Assembly: GCA_047495785.1 (NCBI GenBank)
Contig: JBLDXI010000012.1
Span: forward strand, 1,054,001-1,118,000
Reading direction: 5' to 3'
DNA length: 64,000 bases
Origin: Lepidodermella squamata
Lineage: Eukaryota > Animalia > Gastrotricha
The notes beneath the pieces are model-generated. The model did not search any database. It was not told the origin of the DNA and saw only the letters and a list, made by a program, of their open reading frames with translations. A program made the translations under genes and the position numbers. Within the stretch, counting starts at the first letter, position 1; every line of letters begins with the position of its first letter. Positions 1 through 11,229 of the stretch are shown here, in pieces.

Positions 1-752
1 GTCTACTTGTGCCATGCGGTTGAAACCTCTGAGAAATTCGCTGTGAAAGAGTTTAATGTGACTCGACTGGACGTTCGGAGCTGGACGTTGGTAAAAGAGA
101 CCTGCGATGAGGTAAGCTGTTTGATTGCATCAACTTTTAAGCAGTATATTTCTCATTACAGTACAAAAAGTTGAAACAACTGCCTCACCCTAACATCGTG
201 AGAGTTTTTGGGGAATTTGTAGGTATGAAAACCGTTTCTGGGTTGAGATCAGGCGTTCTCAGCTGCGTATATTTTAGAGTTATACAGTGGCAATGACAAC
301 TCGAAAGACGATTGTCTGATGAACTACCTGGTAATGGAGTACTGTGAAGGCGGAGATTTGGGCAGTCGAATCGGAGAGAAAATAAGCGAGGTGCAACTGC
401 AATCCTGGGCCAGACAGCTAGCGTCTGCGTTGAAGTATCTGCACGACAAAGGCATCGTTCACCGGGATGTCACGCCGAAAAACATTTTTTCAAGCCGTGA
501 TGGACAAACGGTGAAGCTAGGCGAATTCGGCAAACACTTGAACAGGTATTTGAGCTGAATGATTAAGTTTTCCAACTCGCTAAAACTGATCCTTTTATCG
601 CAATATTTTTCAGAGTAGAAATTACGTCATCTAAGAAATCTTGTGCTTCCTGGGTATATGCAGCTCCGGAGTACATCATCACCAGCAATTATCACCGCTC
701 CTGTGACGTGTGGTCGTTTGGCGTTACTCTTTACGAATTGGCAAACGTTGTC

Positions 753-1523
753 ACCCGGCTGAAGCTAGCAGGACGTATCTTGCAGGATTGTGTTCCGCTC
801 ATTTTCGCTCTTGTGCCACCCTTGTGCCATCAGTCTGAGGGCCTAAATAGTTTATCCAGGTGTATTCCAGAGATTGCTGCATCGATTTCATCAAGTAATT
901 AACGATTGACGCAATTAAGGGTCACAGTACATGCGCCCTGTTCTAAATTAACCTCGCAGGATACTGTGCCAGTCATAAAACTTGGTGGACTGGGGTAGAA
1001 TTTTGCGCCGATTACGAATATGCAATCCTCTTGCGTGTCCAATCTGCACAAAATTCGATTTGTGCCATTATTTGTGAACATAAGCAATAAAATGACCCAT
1101 CACGTGACCTTCGACCTCAGGTGAGCTTGTGCCGGCAATGCAGGATTGACCAATCGATAGAGCGGGGTCGATTACCCTAGTTTGCCAATTGACAGCCCAA
1201 TGCAATCAAAATTGAGTGTGGAAAACGTAGCCGAAATACCGTAAAATATCAATTTTTAGCACCGCAGGGTGACTACAACAAAAAGTGGGTCAAACACCCT
1301 TGCAGGATTGTGTGCCAGGCATTATGATATGACCGTCTAGACCAGTTTTCGGCCCTGATCACGAATTTCAAGTCCGTTTGCGTAACCGGAGCCGGCAAAT
1401 CGGTTATTTTGCCTGATTTATGAGGAAAAACCGCAAAAATTGGCTTGTCACGTGACCTGTGACCCCAGGTGTGCCTGTGCCAGTGGCGCAGGAAGCGCCA
1501 TTCGATCGGGCGTGGTCGAAAAC
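753..1523 (+). repeat. Left terminal inverted repeat (~771 bp)
   Basis: Reverse complement of 10459-11229; the identical 62-aa ORFs at 899-1087(-) and 10895-11083(+) confirm it. Diverged similarity continues to about 1584/10398. Confidence 0.95.
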
Positions 1524-2877
1524 ACTTGCTGTCAGCAGGGCAGCTCTAGGCAATAACATTTGATAATTTAAAACGTTACTGAAATTAGCCGAAATAATAT
1601 ATGGATATATTTTTCCAATGTATTTTCAATTTGAGCGGTTAGCAGAATGCGCTTTCACAGGCGATTTTATCCGATTCTCTGCTGATTTCTCTGCTGTTTC
1701 TTTTTTTTACATGAAATTACAATTACAGAATGCTGAGATGAAAATATTTGCCACATACAATTTGGTCTACTAATTATCGACGGGCTTTATTATACATTGA
1801 GCCGCCACTACTACAAGTGATTGCCGATAACAGGTGTGCGCTAATAAAATGGGCGCCTTCTTCGAAAGTTATTACACGCAATAAAGCCCCTCCCGCGTAC
1901 GCGCAGGCGTACTGACTACTGACCGACAGATTTGTTTGGCCTATTCTTGCTAATGAGTATGGGGGCATAGGCGACTAGAGAAATTCGCAGAATTGATCGA
2001 GGTCATTTTGCGGTGTTTAAAGAAATACGTTGCTTATATTTGGTGAAAAACACCGTTTTTTCTCTCAAAAAAGCGAAATTGACGATGCAGCTCTTTAATT
2101 TTATCCTACTACAGCCTACTATGCGCCCCCACCTTTCTCGAGCCTAACGCTTAAAATCTGTAATAAAATCAATTTACAAAATGCGGACACTTTTTTAGAA
2201 AATATTTTGGATATTACCGATAAATACATTTGAATCTCCTAATTAGTTACACTGGAGGGTGACTCAGATGCATACGGTTAACAGGGCCTTGAAGATTGGG
2301 ATGTCAAAGCCAAAAAGTAAGTATTTTCAGTTTATTATTACCTCAGTATTTCGCGGCTGTAATATCTGCGATATTGCCGATGTTAAAAGTGTCTTAAATT
2401 ATCTATTATCGCCTATTGAGGAGTTCGCAGTCACAGGAAATGAGCATACATATTGAGCATGTTCGAATAGATTGGGTGCTCTCGGGCTTCATGTTCATTC
2501 TGCATTTTAGGAAATTTTGGGAGTATTTCTAATTTTTTCAGCTTTCTCCACATTTAAATTGAAACCCGTAAGATATTCCCGAGGAGGGTCGGCCGGAGGC
2601 TATCGCCGTTTTCATAATTGTTTGCGGTCTTACTTATAGTTTTAATTAATTCTCACAAAACTGTTTTTTTGGATTTTCTGGAATTTTACGATTGATGAAA
2701 CAATAAACATGAAAGGCCTGTTCTTCATCTTCAGGTCGCGGCGTAGTCGCCATTATTCAAAAAATATTCGAAGATGTCAACTTTTTTATACATTTGCGTT
2801 TGGTTCAATTTCAAATTGAAAATTGAAGTCCTGATCAGTCGATATATATTCAACCTATATTTTTCAGGGCGCAATGT

Positions 2878-5800
2878 GATGTTCAAGCCTATCGGTTTGT
2901 TACTGCTGTACCTGGTGATGCTGTCTATAGAGGCACCTGCTGCCAGTGCTGCTCGGCGGAGGGCCAAGGACAACAGGCCAATCGATGACAAAAAGCTGCT
3001 GGATTTCTTCAAAAAAAATCCTGGTCAACTAGTTTCAGGTGATAAAAATGGGATATAAGTAATTGATGGAGATTTTAATAATGGAATTCGTAGGTTGGCG
3101 ACGGCACGAGTCCGTTGTAGGGCGGTTGGCAGCTCGTCTATTCAGTGAAAATGACGGTCCACTTCGCCACAGGCTCTACACGCACATAGCCAATAACCAT
3201 CCTCAGTTTCTCAGCAGCGAGTCGACTAGTAACAGCTCTTCGTTGACCGAGTCATCGGAGGCTCCAATCATCAGGAATAAGAAGGTGATGGAAAAAAAAT
3301 CGCCAGCGACAATACCGGAGGCTGTCGATGAGTTCCAGTTAACGCTAGAAGAAGTTGCGCCTTATCTGCCATCAGCTCGTCAGTCCAAACACCTGAAGCC
3401 AGGTTGGACAACCCTATTTCAGTCGAAAATGACCGCAGAAGTCCGCAAATGCGACGTTAAACTGAAATACAGCGACGTGACCAAGAACGGATCATCGGTA
3501 ACTTGTGCTGGGTATTGCCAGGCAGAAAGTGGTTGCCGCAAGTTCAAGTTCAGGTTCAACCCCAGGCAACTCAATCAGGATAATCGTATTCCTGTAACGG
3601 TAACCATTATTGGGACACTGGTGCATGAGCCGGTTACGCCACGAACCATCCAAACGCGAGGTGTTGCTCGAAAACAGTTGGCGAAAGAGCTACGACAGCA
3701 GAAACCCGCGGCCTACCTATGGGCTTTGCTCGATCAGGCTCACAAAAGAAGAGTTCGAGGTGAATTTTTTATTTTATTGCAAACTGCGCGCTGTTGGCCA
3801 GCCTTTAATTTTCTTGATCGATATTGAAGCCCTCACGAACACATGCTGTTAGCCTATAAATAATGTCGTCAGCTAAGAAGAAATATTTCGAATATTTTCT
3901 TCCGAGACTTCTCATATTATCGGAAAAATAATAGATTTGTAAAATCTGAACTTTAAATCAATATCGGTTGTAGTTAGCACGGGAATCCTAAAATAAAGGT
4001 GCCCACTTTTCATACCCGAATATTTTTATAACACCGCATTGATTCGACTTCCGAGTCAGTTGTAGTTTTGGTTCGGTGTTCGAAATGGAAAGACGAAATG
4101 TGTTATTATTCGATATTATTTTTACATAAAGTTAGCTGGCTTTTTCTTACTGGTTATAACCTGTATTTTTCCTTTTACAAGGAGAGTTTGTGAATTTGGC
4201 TGCTATACCAAGTGAGACCGTTCTTCAGAAGATATCTTCGGATCAAAACTTGGAGCAAAGAATGCACGAGAATCCATACATTGACCTCTTCTTGTGGCTG
4301 GTTGATCAAATGACGCTGGACGATGAGCTACGGTACGCTCGAGGCGTCTCAATGCTACCGCTTGGCGTAGTACTTGGCTACGATCGCCACTTTCGGCTGG
4401 GTCAGACATGGGCTCGGCAAGCGAGGAGATCCCACGTTTTTCATGTTAATTCAACGGGTGAAGTCGTTGCGGATGATTTATTAACTGGAAAACGGGTTTT
4501 CCTATACCTGCTCTGCATGCGTTGTCCAATGCTGGGTGAAAGTGGTCCCAAGGTTCCGATGGGACAGTTTTTCCTCTCTGACCAGCACGCATTTTCCATC
4601 TCCAATGCACTTCAGGTACTTTGGAGCACTTGGGATGATGTATAGTAGGCGGCAAAGTTCTGGCTCCTTATGCGGTGGTAACCGATCATTCTTTTGCCTT
4701 GATGCAAGCTGTAGCACGATGTTATAATCAATGCCGCCTGCAGCGAGTTCTCAACTACACCTTTTCAGCTCTTCGCGATTCTTCTGGGAAAGTTCAAAGC
4801 GAGATCCAGTCTGATTTGGGTCATTTCACGTTGCTCGTCCTTTGCATGGCTCATCTATTCAAAGAAGTCATGGGAATTTTGAATTCAAAAGGAAGAAAAT
4901 ACTTGCAAAAGCATGTCAAAACCTTTTTTATGCAATGCTTCGCATTTCTGCAGAGTGCTCAGAACCTTGGTCTGGCTCTCATGATTTTCCACCTGATGTG
5001 CAAGGTATTCGATACCGAGAATTATGGCGAAGACGTTGAGTTGGCTATTAGCCATCTAAACTCACTGATGCAGATCTACGCAGAAAGTATGCCAAAAGCC
5101 GAGGTTCCCATACAAGGAGATGAAGAATTTGTTGAAGATTTAAACGGTGAAGCTTGTTCGAATATCATAGCTGGGCCAGAGGATTCCAAAGAATTTCAAT
5201 GTGGGACATATAAAAAGCTCTCGGCCTGTTGTGGAATGTTTTCCTACATTCGGGAACGGTCGATTGACGACTCAATTCCAGCCGCAGATGAAATGGAAGC
5301 TGATGGTGATTCAACCCGCAATATCTTCTACGCGAAATTCGCAATGGATGCGCTTCTAGACAGACTTTTGCCGCTTTTTCCTCTTTGGTCTGCTCTCTTT
5401 GTTAGCGGAATTGCAGCGAAGCGTTTGTGAGTTTTAATAATAAACTATGAATAAAAACAATTTCGATCACTTGGTGCTCTTAAATTTGAAACGTAGTTCA
5501 GTATTTTAGTCACATGGCACCCTGGGTGGTTGAAAGTAGTAGAATGGACTCGTAAAAATATTTTCAAATCTTTCAGTCCCAAATGGGAAAAGCCGCCTGG
5601 TCACTACACTAATGGGGCAGTTGAAGCAGAAATAAATAAAACGAAGAACGTCATCTTGGGAGGTAAGAAGAAGCAGTCAATTGCCGCTGTTGTACGAAAG
5701 CTGGAAGTCAGCCAATCTGGCCGTCTGGCAGCAATCGAGCTCTCCGACGAGATGCCGGCCCCACAGAAACGAAACAGACAGGCTGATACTGCTGATAAAG

Positions 5801-8181
5801 AGGTCGAAAAATTTCGGAAAGAAAAACGTCGGCAAAGGATCGGATATGCTGCTCAACGTCTGGTTAAGGAATTTTCTGCGAGGTTCGAAATTACTTACCA
5901 GCAAACATCCAAGATTAGCTCAGCAACGGAATCCTTGCCTCCTAAACGTCCCATTTGGGACCTTGGAAGTGATGGGGGTGTGGACGAGGCCTACAACGAC
6001 ATCCTCAGCTCTTCAACTTCCGATTCAGAACAATCCGACTTCTTTGTGTCTGATGACATTTTGGGATGTGTTTTCACGCCTGGGACCTCAACTGGTCCAA
6101 CGGCTGGGACCTCAACTGGTCCAATGGCAGGAACCTCGACTGGTCCAACGGCTGGGACCTCGACTGGTCCAAAAACTCGAAGCTCGGCTGTTCCGACAAC
6201 TGGAACCTTGACTGGTCCAATGGCTGGAACCTCGGCTGGTCCAATGGCAGGAACCTCGACTGGTCCAATGGCTGGAACCTCGACTGGTCCAATTGCTGGA
6301 ACCTCGGCTGGTCCAATGGCAGGAACCTCGACAGGTCCAATGGCTGGAACCTCGGCTGGTCCAATGGCAGGAACCTCGACTGGTCCAATGGCTGGAACCT
6401 CGACTGGTCCAATTGCTGGAACCTCGGCTGGTCCAATGGCAGGAACCTCGACAGGTCCAATGGCTGGAACCTCGGCTGGTCCAATGGCAGGAACCTCGAC
6501 TGGTCCAATGGCTGGAACCTCGACTGGTCCAATTGCTGGAACCTCGGCTGGTCCAATGGCAGGAACCTCGACAGGTCCAATGGCTGGAACCTCGGCTGGT
6601 CCAATGGCAGGAACCTCGACTGGTCCAATTGCTGGAACCTCGGCTGGTCCAATGGCAGGAACCTCGACAGGTCCAATGGCTGGAACCTCGGCTGGTCCAA
6701 TGGCAGGAACCTCGACTGGTCCAATGGCTGGAACCTCGACTGGTCCAATTGCTGGAACCTCGGCTGGTCCAATGGCAGGAACCTCGACAGGTCCAATGGC
6801 TGGAACCTCGGCTGGTCCAATGGCAGGAACCTCGACTGGTCCAATGGCTGGAACCTCGGCTGGTCCAATGGCAGGAACCTCGACTGGTCCAACGGCTGGG
6901 ACTTCGGAAAGACCTGCGCGTGGAACTGGAAATGACCAACGCGGGGCTTCGAAATCGGTCATCGTTACTGAAACAATGTTGTCAGGTGGCGTATATTTGC
7001 TGCAAAACGGAGGGAGTGTTAAAATTTTCTCAACCGATAAAGAAGAGTTCTATCACGTAACCAGCAACACGTGTGCAGTGGACAGCCTGATTAACGCCGT
7101 GTCCCATTGCGAAATGGAGCGTTTCTGTGGGTCCGAGCTGGTGGACTATCTGAGGAATCTAAAGGACGCGGCTTCCAGTGAAAACGGCGAGAGGATGGCT
7201 CAGTTAGCCAGATTCAGATTTATGGGCAGAGTGTTTCCGAGGAACAATGAAACTAGGTTGTTGCCAATTGATTGCTTCGGTTGGGTCATCGAAGTATCCC
7301 CTGATTCATCAATTTGCTGCCCAATTGATCATTACGAGATGCGAGTTTCCAATGTTGGAGATGGAAATTGTATGCTTTGGCTTACGCAAATGTGTGAACT
7401 TGATGGCTGCTATTTACTGCGAGACCTACATCCGTGTGAAGAATGCCGTAAGCCGACTCAGATACAAAAAGTGGTTAATCCTGTCTTATTGGGTTCTATT
7501 GAGGCGTCAGTTTTCTGTCCCATTCAAGGCTTTTATCTATTTATTTCATTAATTTGTAGGGAAAATGCGCAGCACTATGAGGCTGTTCGAGCAAATACAG
7601 CTTTGCAAAGGGTGACTTTCCAAGCGCAAATCGACGCCTTATTTTTTGAGGACATTGTGATGTGCCGTTGCAAAAACCATCACCGAATGCTATCACCCGC
7701 TAGGCATCATGATCCAAGCAAGCCCCTACCTTTTATTGCCATCGAGTTTGAGTCGAGTTGGGAGTGGACAGCAACCACTGTTCTCAACCAAGCTCCCAAG
7801 TCTCTTGAAATGGAACACTTTTCGTAAGTCTTCATCTCAGTGTTGTAAATGAAGCCAAATGTCAGATCTCCTTTCCCCTAAAGATATTCGCTTCACAGCG
7901 CTATTCTTTTCAGCGAGCCTAATCGAGCAGAAGGCAAGAGAACCGAGGATAGGGAAGGCTCGGGACATTACGTCACTATCAGGATCATCGATGGTGACGC
8001 TTACTTGCTTGACGATCTTGTAGTCAGCTCACGTACACGGAAACCGTTTTGGCGAAAATTCGACAATGAGCTTGAGAAATTCTATCGCCTTTACTACGCA
8101 GTTATTTTCTTTTACTGCTGTCCCAAACCTGTTTCGGCTGATGTTGCTACGCTCGTGGAATCTGTTCCATCTTCCAGGTGA
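2878..8181 (+). pseudogene. Multi-exon MULE/NOF-type DDE transposase fused to an octapeptide repeat and a USP-like (C19-type) cysteine protease domain; frameshifted
   Basis: N-terminal C..C...H zinc-finger-like region (CAGYCQAESGC...LVH). FHVNSTG (first catalytic D position is N), VVTDHSFAL, CMAH, HYTNGAVE. A -1 frameshift lies at ~4640-4645. Cys box SNTCAVDS at ~7063-7086 and His box YSLHSAI...GHYVT...LLDD at ~7885-8020. The start codon and 3' end are approximate. Confidence 0.75.
6082..6897 (+). repeat. 24-bp coding minisatellite, ~34 units, (GTS[T/A]GP[M/I/T]A)n, with a 120-bp higher-order period
   Basis: Directly visible; blocks 6241-6360, 6361-6480 and 6481-6600 are identical. Confidence 0.97.
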
Positions 8182-8229
8182 TTTTTGTGTTTTACTTTGA
8201 AGGACTTGTCTAGCTATATGATGATTTAG

Positions 8230-10075
8230 CGTCCCACTTCCACCTTCACCTCCTCCACCCTATTCCGAACATGCCCATGCTGCAATGGATCTCAGCAGCA
8301 AAGAGTCACAGCAGCCCTCGGCTGTTGGGAAAAGCTCATTTTCTAGGTATAGAATGGCTGCCTGCTTATTGGCTTATTTATATGGGACGATATCGGGACT
8401 TTAATGTTATAACTATATAGACTGGCCGGTCTAGAGGCGATTTCCGAGTTGAGCAATTTCCAGTTTGAAATACCCTCACGATTGCAAGACAGCGGGATGG
8501 TCTTGGAAAGTTCGTCGATAGTTTCGGCTATGGATGATGAGCCGGCCTCAAGTGTCAGCTCGGCTACAGCAAGTCAGCCCATGGCATCCCGGCGACGAAG
8601 GGCTCCAGAAACAACCCTGATACCCAAAGATTCGAAGCCTAGGAAAATTCCAAAGCTTGCGAATGCACCGGATCCACTGGAAATTCCAACGTCAGCCTCG
8701 AAAGATTCAAAGCCTCGAAGAACTGTGAAGACCGTAAAAGATCCGAAGCCTCTCAAGACTACGAAGGCTCCCAAGGTTCCCAAGGCTCCCAAGGTTCCCA
8801 AGGTTCCCAAGGCTCCCAAGGCTCCCAAGGTTCCCAAGGCTCCCAAGGCTCCCAAGGCTCCGAAGTCTCCGAAGTCTCCCAAGGCTCCTAAAACCATAAA
8901 AGGTAAGTCACGCAAGGGCGCTTGGACCTTCGATGATTTGGCTTCGGACGGATCGGAAGCCCAAGAAATCAGCTTCGCCTTGGGTCTCAGCGTGCTCGAC
9001 CAATTGCCTGCCTCTGACAGTGCAAGTCATGACGTTGACCTAAGAAGCACCAGACCTTTTGACCTATTTGCTATGGGCATGGCCCCAATCCGCCAAAGTC
9101 TATGCCCAGGTAAATGGGTTTCTTATTTGGAAGCCATCAGCAATAAAGCAGCGACACGCTTCGAACTCCGAGCTAGGCGAGGCATTTTGATCGAAGAGCT
9201 CTACTCTGATCTCGCTGTTCGACGTGAAGATGGGGGCAGAGTGTACAGCTTTGACGACATAAGGCCCAGTCAGTTGTGCTCAGCGATCTTTGCTATTGAC
9301 CGATGTGGGCTTACTAGGAAAGTTGGCAACTGCCAAAATGAATTCTGCACCTCTCCGCCTGGGTCAGAATTCATTACGAATCCGTTCCTCATCATCGAGT
9401 CGGATGGGTTTGCTTTATCAATTAATTTGTTCGGATCAATTTTGAATGCCAATTAATTCGTAGCTTTCCATCTACGCGGCAGCTAGAGGAAATGTTGGGC
9501 AACCTATTCGGTCAGACTTCGACCGATTGTCAATACATGGAATCTAGCGGGTAAAATCATCTAAAGATTGTTAAATTAACGGCCAGGTTAAAATGTTGGG
9601 GTTGAAATTTGTTCAGATCGCCATGCCAGGGCACGAGGCTGATCAGTGTTGGCACTCATCATCACGAAGATGGCCGAGTTTCGCCCAGCCCCACCATCAT
9701 CATCGCCATTGATGGTCTTGTAGCCTTAGCAAATGCCTGAATCTAACGCAATTATCATTCCAGAATCTGAGGTAAATTTTTGTTAAGAAACGTAAAACCT
9801 GTAATATAGCAGTAATATCCAGCTATGAAGTCGTCGCCGTCGTGGCTAGGCAAAGCGGCACGTCAAACTACGGCCTCCTTACGCCTGGTTCTTTCCCGTT
9901 GGATTATACCCTTGTCACAGAGGGGAAGGCGAGACGGAATTAACTGCGGCCTGAATCACCGGCCTTGAAAAAATGGCTAGGCGTTTTTCTTATTCTTGGG
10001 CGTACGCCAGACGAACAGGAACTGGGCTGTCCGGAACCGGAACTGAATTCAGGCGACTACATATTTGACCGCTAA
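8230..10075 (+). CDS. Further transposon exons (3' continuation or second gene) with a PK(A/V)PK low-complexity repeat; function unknown
   Basis: 335-aa ORF 8449-9456 plus short flanking exons with GT-AG borders; exon structure uncertain. Confidence 0.5.
8764..8890 (+). repeat. 9-bp tandem repeat (AAGG[C/T]TCCC)n encoding (K[A/V]P)n
   Basis: Directly visible. Confidence 0.9.
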
Positions 10076-10458
10076 CTATTTTTTGCGGTTTTGAATTTTT
10101 AATCTCCGCTATTGGTTTTCGTTGGGATACACTAATATCTACAGGGTATCGCTGTTTATTAGGCATCTCTTATATATTTGAGATGCGAAGTCCTACTAAC
10201 GTCTTATTTACTCAGTCGGTGTCTAATTGCTTTTCCGAAGAGTGAAAATGATCCAAATAATTTTCCATTCTTATTATCACATCTTTTTTACTCCGCTTTT
10301 TAAACGTTCAATTTGTACTATAAAAAAAAAAATGGAATTAATTACATTATAATCTGTAGAAAAAATAAAAATTACGTAATAATATCGAAATACTTATTTT
10401 CAGTAACGTTTTAAATTCTCAGATTTCATTAGGCGAGGTTGCCCCGTAGAGAACCACC

Positions 10459-11229
10459 GTTTTCGACCACGCCCGATCGAATGGCGCTTCCTGCGCCACT
10501 GGCACAGGCACACCTGGGGTCACAGGTCACGTGACAAGCCAATTTTTGCGGTTTTTCCTCATAAATCAGGCAAAATAACCGATTTGCCGGCTCCGGTTAC
10601 GCAAACGGACTTGAAATTCGTGATCAGGGCCGAAAACTGGTCTAGACGGTCATATCATAATGCCTGGCACACAATCCTGCAAGGGTGTTTGACCCACTTT
10701 TTGTTGTAGTCACCCTGCGGTGCTAAAAATTGATATTTTACGGTATTTCGGCTACGTTTTCCACACTCAATTTTGATTGCATTGGGCTGTCAATTGGCAA
10801 ACTAGGGTAATCGACCCCGCTCTATCGATTGGTCAATCCTGCATTGCCGGCACAAGCTCACCTGAGGTCGAAGGTCACGTGATGGGTCATTTTATTGCTT
10901 ATGTTCACAAATAATGGCACAAATCGAATTTTGTGCAGATTGGACACGCAAGAGGATTGCATATTCGTAATCGGCGCAAAATTCTACCCCAGTCCACCAA
11001 GTTTTATGACTGGCACAGTATCCTGCGAGGTTAATTTAGAACAGGGCGCATGTACTGTGACCCTTAATTGCGTCAATCGTTAATTACTTGATGAAATCGA
11101 TGCAGCAATCTCTGGAATACACCTGGATAAACTATTTAGGCCCTCAGACTGATGGCACAAGGGTGGCACAAGAGCGAAAATGAGCGGAACACAATCCTGC
11201 AGGAATCGTCCTGCTAGCTTCAGCCAGGT
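10459..11229 (-). repeat. Right terminal inverted repeat (~771 bp)
   Basis: Reverse complement of 753-1523 with a few mismatches in the outer ~30 bp. Confidence 0.95.

Larger units (their letters stand above)
753..11229 (+). mobile_element. Mutator (MULE)/Foldback-NOF-like DNA transposon, 10,477 bp
   Basis: 9-bp TSD AACGTTGTC at 744-752 and 11230-11238, and long TIRs. Removing the element and one TSD restores the reading frame seen in the paralogue (ANVVRP vs ANFVRP, then GTAAG). Contains an internal DDE transposase. Confidence 0.93.

Noticed and set aside
899-1087. Identical 62-aa ORFs at 899-1087(-) and 10895-11083(+)
   Set aside because: They are chance ORFs inside the two TIRs.
2878-2950. 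Signal-peptide-like start of the transposase ORF (MFKPIGLLLLYLVML)
   Set aside because: It begins at GTG and the true start is uncertain; secretion is implausible for a transposase.
6082-6897. CRISPR array or ice-nucleation-protein octapeptide repeat
   Set aside because: There are no unique spacers and the context is eukaryotic; the unit contains Pro and lacks the AGYGSTxT pattern.
5991-7060. Five additional long ORFs across the 24-bp repeat (elastin-like VPAIGPVE, Trp-rich WNLDWSNG, etc.)
   Set aside because: They are by-products of a stop-free repeat unit; only the 5530 frame is continuous with unique coding sequence on both sides.
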